Sequence record: NC_047995.1
DNA: 64,000 nt
Direction: 5' to 3' (one strand)
Part shown: piece by piece, positions 54,136-61,265 of the stretch
How the letters are laid out: each line of letters opens with the position of its first letter
How positions within the stretch are numbered: position 1 is the first letter of the stretch
Notes under the pieces: model-generated
Databases searched by the model: none
Told to the model about the DNA's origin: nothing
What the model saw: only the letters and a program-made list of their open reading frames with translations
Translations under genes and position numbers: made by a program

Positions 54136-55752
54136 ATGTCATTCGATCTTCGTCAAAACTTACTGCTTGTTCGTGACGCTTCCCTGACAGGCAAACCGCT
54201 GTTCTACTTCTACACTGCAATGGGCCGCGTCATGGTCCTGACTGGTGACGTGCTGCGTGAAATCCTTGAGCGTCAGAAAGAGGGTACACTCTGCACCAAC
54301 ACTTACTGGGGATTCGTATCAGACCCTACGTTGGAAGTTTGGTCGTTCGATGATAACAATGACCTAATGCTTCACCACCGCATCGGCAAGTCCTGCAAAA
54401 CGTTTCTGCCTTACGAAATGATTGCGAGTGCGCATGACGGGTTCAAGCCAATCAATGGCATGTTCATTGAAGACAGCTTGCACCGCATCATCAAGATTCA
54501 TCTCAAGGCAACTTGTCGTGAAGAACAAAAGATTACGTGGTTCGCCGATCTGCCTGAGCCTGAGATGCGTAGCATGTTGTTGTCACTGGGTCTGGGCCCG
54601 CTGCGCGTAGAGCGTGAAGACAAAGAGGGTCTGGTCAAGCTGCATGATCAGTGGCTGGAAGACTTCGATGACAAATACAAATACACGCATAACACACTCG
54701 GCCTCGATGAAGACGAAAAGATTCCTGCTGATTATCGCCCTGAACGTATTCGTGACATTACGAAACGTATGATGGCTGGCACCAAGACACAAGAGATGAT
54801 GGACCAGACTCTGAGTGACTTGCTGGGCCAGTGTCGTATCAGAGGCGATGTGCCTATGCCTAACAGCAAGTTCAATCGCAGTCAGTTGACCTGCTACTAC
54901 GCAACGCATTTGATCTTTGCGCATGACGCAGACGAAAAGCTGCGTAGCTTGATTGATAATCCGCAGTTCCTCGTTAACTTCATCTACGGCTGGTACCCTG
55001 ATTATACGTGGATTACGATCAACGAAGAAACGTTCGACTATCAACAGTCACTGGTACGCGCTGCGCTGATCTCCCTCAAGAGCCATGTGCAGAATGAAAT
55101 CGGTACGTACAAACTTGTACACGGCATGGTTACGTTCACTGAGGACTTTGATCCACACGCGAAAGACAGGCCAGAAGAAGTAGAGGACGAGGAAGAGTAC
55201 GACGAGGAAGAAGATGACGACGCAGAGCAGGACGTTATCGACTACCTGCGCACTCGTAGTGAAGACGAACTACGCGCCGTTGCAATCAAGAGAAAAATGA
55301 TTACCTCGCGTAAAGCAAAAACGCTGGACAAGGAAGAGCTTGTCGAAGTGTGCGCTGACTACTACGGCTCGGAGCTGCCTGAAGACTTCGACGAAGCAGA
55401 AGAAAAGGAACAGGAGCGCGTTCCTACGCCTCGTAAATTCCCTGCGCTGTCTAACGCGTCCAGTATTAAATACGATATCATCCGCAGCATTCTGAGCACT
55501 GCGCGTCGGTATAAGACGCAACCTGTACGCATTAAGAAGACTGATCGTAATGCCCGCAAAGAGGCAGAAGTCAACGAGCGTAAGAGAGTGATCGACACTC
55601 TCCGCGATGCTGTCAACGATAACTGGTTGGAGTCTCTGCCTGCAAATACGTTAACGGCGCTTGCGTACTCTCTTACTAAGATGAAAGACAATGATCGCTA
55701 CCCACGTGACTGTGCTTTCCTGAAAGAACTAATTAAACACGCGGTCAAGTGA
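54136..55752 (+). CDS. Large hypothetical protein with acidic tract and HeH/Rho_N-like motif
   Basis: 538 aa; SEDELR...ITSRKA..LDKEEL after EEEYDEEEDDD. Confidence 0.75.
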   Translation: MSFDLRQNLLLVRDASLTGKPLFYFYTAMGRVMVLTGDVLREILERQKEGTLCTNTYWGFVSDPTLEVWSFDDNNDLMLHHRIGKSCKTFLPYEMIASAHDGFKPINGMFIEDSLHRIIKIHLKATCREEQKITWFADLPEPEMRSMLLSLGLGPLRVEREDKEGLVKLHDQWLEDFDDKYKYTHNTLGLDEDEKIPADYRPERIRDITKRMMAGTKTQEMMDQTLSDLLGQCRIRGDVPMPNSKFNRSQLTCYYATHLIFAHDADEKLRSLIDNPQFLVNFIYGWYPDYTWITINEETFDYQQSLVRAALISLKSHVQNEIGTYKLVHGMVTFTEDFDPHAKDRPEEVEDEEEYDEEEDDDAEQDVIDYLRTRSEDELRAVAIKRKMITSRKAKTLDKEELVEVCADYYGSELPEDFDEAEEKEQERVPTPRKFPALSNASSIKYDIIRSILSTARRYKTQPVRIKKTDRNARKEAEVNERKRVIDTLRDAVNDNWLESLPANTLTALAYSLTKMKDNDRYPRDCAFLKELIKHAVK

Positions 55753-55787
55753 ACCGTAAACAATACCTATTATTGAAGGGAAACAAA

Positions 55788-56207
55788 ATGAAAAAGAAAA
55801 CCGTACTTGTCCTGAACCGCATAGCACTTATCATGAACGACGACATGGTGCAGAAGTTTGGCGAACTCGCTAACGAGAATCGTGAACGTGCCTCCGACCT
55901 GAACATCATCATGCTGTCCAAGATGCAACAGGCTGTGAACTTGGCTCTGGCTAATGAGAATCCAGAAGCGTGTTGTCGTGCTGATATCGCGTGGACTGAA
56001 TGTGGCCTTATCTCAACGTCTGGCTTCTTTGTGATTGCAACTACGGCAGACGATGAAGTGACGAACCACTTCGAAGACCACGACTACCTGAACCATTTGC
56101 GTTCGATTGAACGTATTGCACTGGAGAGCGGGTTCAAGTTGCAAGTCGAGCCTATTCGTGCGTTGTCTCCGTTCGATAAAACCGAAATCCCTGCATCAAT
56201 GAAATGA
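55788..56207 (+). CDS. Hypothetical protein
   Basis: AAGGG RBS before ATG 55788. Confidence 0.65.
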   Translation: MKKKTVLVLNRIALIMNDDMVQKFGELANENRERASDLNIIMLSKMQQAVNLALANENPEACCRADIAWTECGLISTSGFFVIATTADDEVTNHFEDHDYLNHLRSIERIALESGFKLQVEPIRALSPFDKTEIPASMK

Positions 56208-56215
56208 GGTGACCC

Positions 56216-56515
56216 ATGACACGCAAACAAATCCTGATGAATGATGTTGCTATCGTCCTGACAATGAGTGAGCGCCGTGCGTTCCTCGGTCCGAAAGCTG
56301 ACGGTTTTGTGTATCTACCCTCGAAAGAGGCCCTCACGAAGTTTGAGGCGCATATCAAGAAGTACGGCAGTCGTGATGACTATGCGTTTATTGAGCACCG
56401 TGAGCTACACTCTCTGAACTCTGCTGGCATTGTCGCTATTGCTCATGCTGTCGAATCTGACTCTGAGCGCCCTTGGCTGTGGACGAAAGAAGACTTCCGC
56501 GTTAAGCTCTGGTAA
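56216..56515 (+). CDS. Hypothetical protein
   Basis: GAGG RBS, 99 aa. Confidence 0.7.
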   Translation: MTRKQILMNDVAIVLTMSERRAFLGPKADGFVYLPSKEALTKFEAHIKKYGSRDDYAFIEHRELHSLNSAGIVAIAHAVESDSERPWLWTKEDFRVKLW

Positions 56516-56568
56516 GCATAAAACTGGCTAAAATCGTGGTATCAATCCGAACCGTCCTATGATATACT
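56516..56568 (+). promoter_or_regulatory. Early promoter class A, copy 8
   Basis: GCATAAAACTGGCTAAAAT-5-TATCAA-17-TATACT. Confidence 0.78.
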
Positions 56569-56620
56569 AGAAGCGTAGCTTGTGCTGCGCTTTTATAACA
56601 TATGTCTGAGGAGACAACAA

Positions 56621-57088
56621 ATGCTTGAAGAAATCAAACCAACCTTATCCGATATGGAATTGCAGGACACGATCATGGAAGCAGGCGTTGCCAAGATCAT
56701 CGAACACAAACCTGAGTGGATTGATGTGGCGACCGCAGGTGCTCGTATGTATCTGGTGGTAGTCAGCCAGCTCGGGGGTCCGATTCCTGAAATCCGTTTC
56801 GTTCACAACCAGAAGCCGTGCAAGATTCAATTCAAGTTGCGCGAATCCGAAGGCACCGACGAGTTCGTTGCGAACGATATCGACCACAAAACTCAAATGG
56901 CAATCCTTGACGAAATGTTGACGACCGCCGAAGCGAGTCCGAATGGTCACACGCTGCTGGACCTTGCCGTGTGCTCCGCCCGTCTATTCATGATTGGTTA
57001 CGACGGCCTTGCAGGTACTGTCGAAGTTATTCGCTTCCGTCATGACCAGAAGAACTATTCCATGAACCTGATTGAAGAAGGTAAATAA
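56621..57088 (+). CDS. Hypothetical early protein
   Basis: GAGGAG RBS before ATG 56621. Confidence 0.7.
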   Translation: MLEEIKPTLSDMELQDTIMEAGVAKIIEHKPEWIDVATAGARMYLVVVSQLGGPIPEIRFVHNQKPCKIQFKLRESEGTDEFVANDIDHKTQMAILDEMLTTAEASPNGHTLLDLAVCSARLFMIGYDGLAGTVEVIRFRHDQKNYSMNLIEEGK

Positions 57089-57089
57089 C

Positions 57090-57755
57090 ATGAAACCAGA
57101 TTACACTCTGCTCAAACGTAGCAAGGTTGATGTTAACCGCTTCGCTTTCGTGTACGACGGCGACCTGCTTGCCAACTTTACCGCCTCCCAGTTGTATCGG
57201 ACGCTGGAGAAACTCAATAGCCCGAACGTGATTAAAGATGTTGATGTGCTCTGGCGTGACGGTACGCGCACCGTTGAAGAATTGCGTGTGACCGAGCATC
57301 GCCACTTTGTTCGTTTCGATACGTGCGAATATGACCACGCTATCTGCCTGATGATGCGAGCACAAGGTCTGCCTATTGAACTGTCTGTCCCTGTAGACGT
57401 GCGTAGGCTATTCGACGCGCATGGATCACTTATCTCTGAGATTCGTGTACCGTCTGAATTTGTCGCAGACCTCAAGCCTGCTCTTGAGCGCTTCATTCCT
57501 GGCGACGAAGATGACTGGGACGAAGATGCGGATGATGACTTCGACGATGAAGATGAAAGCGACTTCGACGAGGAGGAGTTTGGATTCCGTCCAGAAGACT
57601 TGCGTCCGCAACTAAGCGACTTCGGATATCGTGCGGCCGACTGGGTTGTCACTCTGACTGATGAACAAATCAGCGAAGTACACACTCTTGAAGTGGGTAT
57701 TGACCCAGACATTGAACTGCCTCGTGCGGCTGATGCGAAGGAAGAATTTTTCTAA
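57090..57755 (+). CDS. Hypothetical protein with acidic tract
   Basis: AAGG RBS before ATG 57090. Confidence 0.7.
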   Translation: MKPDYTLLKRSKVDVNRFAFVYDGDLLANFTASQLYRTLEKLNSPNVIKDVDVLWRDGTRTVEELRVTEHRHFVRFDTCEYDHAICLMMRAQGLPIELSVPVDVRRLFDAHGSLISEIRVPSEFVADLKPALERFIPGDEDDWDEDADDDFDDEDESDFDEEEFGFRPEDLRPQLSDFGYRAADWVVTLTDEQISEVHTLEVGIDPDIELPRAADAKEEFF

Positions 57756-57946
57756 TGAAAACTATTAACGAACAGGTCAAGGAATTGAAACAGCACGGCG
57801 TGCTTATCGTTGAAGAACACCAGAAACACACGCTGCCTGATTTGACCTTCACGCTTGATTGCCTGTGTATGCCACACACTAAGCGGGAAGTAGAGACAAC
57901 CACGCGCGGCCGTGTTGTTAAGATTCGCCTGACAAACATCCACTAA
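57755..57946 (+). CDS. Small hypothetical protein
   Basis: TAATG coupling, 63 aa. Confidence 0.6.
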   Translation: MKTINEQVKELKQHGVLIVEEHQKHTLPDLTFTLDCLCMPHTKREVETTTRGRVVKIRLTNIH

Positions 57947-57958
57947 CTTTGTGGTCTT

Positions 57959-58033
57959 GGCCCGCCCATCCAGAAATGCTCACCCCCAATGAGGTGTCTC
58001 GCGCAGAGGCCTGATGGTCACCGGGTCCTTTTT
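57959..58033 (+). ncRNA. Candidate structured RNA element (nested stems with two internal hairpins, T5 tail)
   Basis: GGCCCG/CGGGTC outer stem, CCATC(C)AG/CTGATGG, CTCA/TGAG and GTCTC/GAGGC hairpins. Confidence 0.3.
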
Positions 58034-58089
58034 AGAGCGCACTACCGAGTACGCTGTACAAAGTAAATCACAATCAACAGGAGGCTGTT

Positions 58090-58461
58090 ATGAAGTTTAA
58101 CGATGTATCTCACAAAGCGCAGGTGGTTCTCATGGCGAGTGCGTTTGGCGGTGTGATGGAAGTTCTGTCCCGTAGCATGGACGATGAAGGTCGCAAGTTC
58201 CTGGAAGTTGCGCTACGCCGTGTCGGTCTGACAGTTGAGGAGTTCCAAGCTCTTATCAACGATCTCGACGAACCTACAGGTAAAGAAATCATTGCTGTTA
58301 TGGAAACAGCGCAAGCCGAAGAGTCTGCGTGTGAGGCAGAAGACGAAGACGAAGAAGAATCTGCTGACGACGACTCTGATACGGACGCTGACGGTTGGCA
58401 AGATCTGCAAGAAGATCGCATCTGTCTCGTATGCAACCACGAATACTGCGTCTGTCACTAG
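58090..58461 (+). CDS. Helical protein with acidic tail and C-terminal Cys cluster, paralog of 29961-30233
   Basis: AGGAGG RBS; shared N-terminal domain; ends CLVCNHEYCVCH. Confidence 0.7.
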   Translation: MKFNDVSHKAQVVLMASAFGGVMEVLSRSMDDEGRKFLEVALRRVGLTVEEFQALINDLDEPTGKEIIAVMETAQAEESACEAEDEDEEESADDDSDTDADGWQDLQEDRICLVCNHEYCVCH

Positions 58462-58464
58462 TCT

Positions 58465-58517
58465 GCATAAATCTGGACAAAATGAGGCTTGTCTCAAATA
58501 GCTGCCTGAACTATACT
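58465..58517 (+). promoter_or_regulatory. Early promoter class A, copy 9
   Basis: GCATAAATCTGGACAAAAT-5-TTGTCT-17-TATACT. Confidence 0.8.
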
Positions 58518-58523
58518 ATATAG

Positions 58524-58718
58524 ACAGCGAGACAAGTGCTCTCTGTGTGCCTTTGTACTGCTTGACCATGTGTTTCCGATTTTCCCGGCACATGGTCCTT
58601 TTTAAAGTCGGCTTCCAACGAGGCTGCTTTAAAAAGGGTTCGATACCCTTTGAGCGCGTCGGGCTTTACGCGGTTTCCGCCTGCCGTGCTCTCATGCTAA
58701 ACCGCAAAGGAAATTGAA
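58524..58718 (+). ncRNA. Candidate ~195-nt structured leader/ncRNA with T-loop-like hairpin
   Basis: Perfect 9-bp and 10-bp abutting stems, AAGGG-TTCGATA-CCCTT, alternative pairing next to the RBS. Confidence 0.45.
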
Positions 58719-59447
58719 ATGCCTACTACTTCACGTCCTAAGACAGAAGACAAGTTCTCCCGTGTTCGTGCCTCTAAGAACTCTCCTGAGCGTCAGGCAG
58801 CGGTCGCTAAGAAAACTCCACGAGGCCCGAAAGGTTCCACGAACACCGGAGGCTTCAAAAGGGATGAAGTTGTGATGTTAATCAGCTCGCCAAAGATTCG
58901 TGATGAAGAACGTGTGTACAATCTCGTACATGCAATTCTGAGCGCGTGGAAAGCAGATGTTGGTCATGCCGAACATACAGCTGCCTCTGCCGGCATCATC
59001 AAAGTGTCACGTCGTAAGATTGAAGGCGCCCTGCGTGACCTCAAGAATACGCGCTTCACTAAAATCCCGACACTCATTAATGATATCCTGACAGGCTCTG
59101 ATATCTGCGCTGAGTTTGGAATGTGGGTGTATGTCGAGCACGACAGTCCTGATTGGATTTTCGTCCGTCTGCCTGATGACAGTACACCTGTGATTCGTGC
59201 TGATATCAGTTGTGACAAGACAGGCGAAACGTCTGCGTCTATCACAACGTCCAGTGAAGCTCTGCTGGAAACGTTCAGCGAAAGCGATGATGAGATCGAG
59301 ATACTTGAATGTAACGATCAAGATATCGAAGACCTCGAAACGAAGGCGATGCGCAAACAGCTAATCGACAAGGGCATCATTAAGCCCGAAGCTGCCGACA
59401 AGCTGCATCGCCCTGACTTGATGAAGCTGTTAGCGTACTACGCATAA
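58719..59447 (+). CDS. Hypothetical protein, basic N-terminus and C-terminal HeH-like motif
   Basis: AAAGGA RBS; ends DIEDL...R..LID.GI...A.KL...L.KLL. Confidence 0.75.
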   Translation: MPTTSRPKTEDKFSRVRASKNSPERQAAVAKKTPRGPKGSTNTGGFKRDEVVMLISSPKIRDEERVYNLVHAILSAWKADVGHAEHTAASAGIIKVSRRKIEGALRDLKNTRFTKIPTLINDILTGSDICAEFGMWVYVEHDSPDWIFVRLPDDSTPVIRADISCDKTGETSASITTSSEALLETFSESDDEIEILECNDQDIEDLETKAMRKQLIDKGIIKPEAADKLHRPDLMKLLAYYA

Positions 59448-59495
59448 GCAATAACGAGCAGGCAGTGTAGTAGCTGCCTGCTATCTGCGAAGTAT

Positions 59496-59549
59496 GCAGA
59501 AAACTGGACAAAATCGTGGTTGTTATCTGACGGCCACCAATGCTATACT
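59496..59549 (+). promoter_or_regulatory. Early promoter class A, copy 10
   Basis: GCAGAAAACTGGACAAAAT-5-TTGTTA-18-TATACT. Confidence 0.78.
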
Positions 59550-59605
59550 TAATGCAGACGCAATAGTGCGTCGCAAACAAAACCCAATACTGAGGAGTAT
59601 TAATC

Positions 59606-61183
59606 ATGGCACGTATCGAAACTAACACTAACCTGGTTGGCAAAACTATCGTCCTGCTGAACGGCACCAAAGCTAAAATCGAAGATGCGATTGCATCAGG
59701 TTATAAAGTGAAAGGCCAGAGCAAGCGTATCGCCACTCGTTGTGTTGTGAAAGAAGGCGCTCACTTCCGCGAAATCGAACGCATGAACATGAGCCTGCTG
59801 GAAGACACTGGCGAAGGCTATGTAAAGTTGAAAGACGCGAAAGCTGCGAAAGCAAAACCGGCCGCCGATAAGAAACCAGCAGGCAAGAAAGACCCGAAAG
59901 CTACTGGCAAGAAACCTGCCAAGCCTGCGAAAGAAAAAGAACCTAAGGTTCGTCGCAAAACCTCCGAAGAGAAATCCGACGAGTATCAAGATCTGGCACA
60001 CGCTATCATCAAAGGTGGCAAGCGCGCCAAGCCAGTAGAAATCGCTGAGATCGACGCTGACCTGACTGACACCGTAGCGCAACGTCTGGTAGACGTGCTG
60101 AACAACTCTGAGATCGCCAAGCTGTGCGCTGACAACAAAACGCCGATTGCGAACGCTCTGGAAGTTGCATACGGCGCCGAGTTCGCTCCTGAAACAAACG
60201 TCATGCAGATCACGCTGAGCCTGCAATACGCGAAGCCTGTTGCCGTGCTGTCTCGTCCGACTCTGGAAAACGCCGAAGCCATTGCGTTACGTGCTCAAAA
60301 AATGGCGGCGCCTAAGCTGTCCATGAAGCTCAAGAAAGCGATTCGTGAAGCGTTCAACCTCGAAGACGCCAACGAGCTGGAGCTGGGCACCGTGCTTATC
60401 TCTGGCGACGAAGAATTTGTGTTCTTCGGTGAGTCTGCCAAGCACGTCGGCAAAGCGCTGCTGTATGTCGTAGCGACCGACAAATTCAAATCTGTGCTGG
60501 GCTCAACTCTGGGTGATTATGAAATCCCAGAACTTGAGGAAGAAGAAGAAGACGCCGCCGAAGAGGAAGAAGAAGAAGAGGAAGAAGACGGCGAAGAAGA
60601 GGACGGTGAAGAAGAGGACGGCGAAGAAGAAGATACCGCCGAATACGAATACGTTGCCGTGAACAAAGACCAGCTCGATATGGTCAATAAGAAAGTGACC
60701 GCTAAGTATCACGCTGCGTTGGCTGAACGCTTCAATACAACCGAAGAAGTTCTGATCCCGGGTCTGGTGCTGACCGATGGTGAAACGACCTTCGCTTACC
60801 TGGGCTGTGATAGCAAAGGCGGTCTGCTGGTCATCGACTGCGGTGACGACGGCGAAGGCGAAGACGTGATGCTGTATAGCAAAGCTGATATCAAAGAGCT
60901 GGAAGACTTCAATCCTGTGCTGGGCGCTGCTGGTTCTGATGCCGATGAAGAAGACGGCGACGACGATGCGGAAGAAGACGGCGACGATGAAGAAGATGGC
61001 GATGACGAAGACGAAGACGGTGAAGATGACGACTTCGACTTTGACGATGTACCAGAAACTGATATCGAAGATCTGACCGACGACGAACTGCGTGACCGTG
61101 TAGTTGAAGCAGGCCTGACCACTGTACGCAAAGCCGATCAGATGGACGCCGCTAAACTGCGCAAGCTGCTGAAAAGCGCATAA
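59606..61183 (+). CDS. Multidomain protein with Lys-rich linker, two internal repeats, acidic tracts and C-terminal HeH-like motif
   Basis: GAGGAG RBS; 525 aa; N-domain and repeat shared with 61266-62522. Confidence 0.8.
   Translation: MARIETNTNLVGKTIVLLNGTKAKIEDAIASGYKVKGQSKRIATRCVVKEGAHFREIERMNMSLLEDTGEGYVKLKDAKAAKAKPAADKKPAGKKDPKATGKKPAKPAKEKEPKVRRKTSEEKSDEYQDLAHAIIKGGKRAKPVEIAEIDADLTDTVAQRLVDVLNNSEIAKLCADNKTPIANALEVAYGAEFAPETNVMQITLSLQYAKPVAVLSRPTLENAEAIALRAQKMAAPKLSMKLKKAIREAFNLEDANELELGTVLISGDEEFVFFGESAKHVGKALLYVVATDKFKSVLGSTLGDYEIPELEEEEEDAAEEEEEEEEEDGEEEDGEEEDGEEEDTAEYEYVAVNKDQLDMVNKKVTAKYHAALAERFNTTEEVLIPGLVLTDGETTFAYLGCDSKGGLLVIDCGDDGEGEDVMLYSKADIKELEDFNPVLGAAGSDADEEDGDDDAEEDGDDEEDGDDEDEDGEDDDFDFDDVPETDIEDLTDDELRDRVVEAGLTTVRKADQMDAAKLRKLLKSA
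60578..60634 (+). repeat. 15-bp tandem repeat encoding (EEEDG)n
   Basis: GAGGAAGAAGACGGC/GAAGAAGAGGACGGT/GAAGAAGAGGACGGC/GAAGAAGAAGAT. Confidence 0.8.
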
Positions 61184-61265
61184 CGAACTACCGTAACAAC
61201 TGAACAAGATGCGGCTCTCACCGGGCCGCATATCTGACAAATAAAGCTGATTGAGGAATCACACT

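Noticed and set aside
57960-58025. Hammerhead ribozyme (GAAA at 57973 and CTGATG at 58011 in type II order)
   Set aside because: Core reads CTGATGG rather than CTGANGA, there is no NUH triplet before stem I, and stem II does not pair beyond 1 bp
58536-58660. tRNA gene
   Set aside because: A T-arm is present, but there is no D-arm or anticodon arm of tRNA geometry, the span is about 120 nt and there is no CCA; reported only as a T-loop-like element
23272-59549. Class A box as sigma54, CRP or FIS site
   Set aside because: Order and spacing do not fit TGGCAC-N5-TTGC, TGTGA-N6-TCACA, or the 5-nt A/T core of FIS sites
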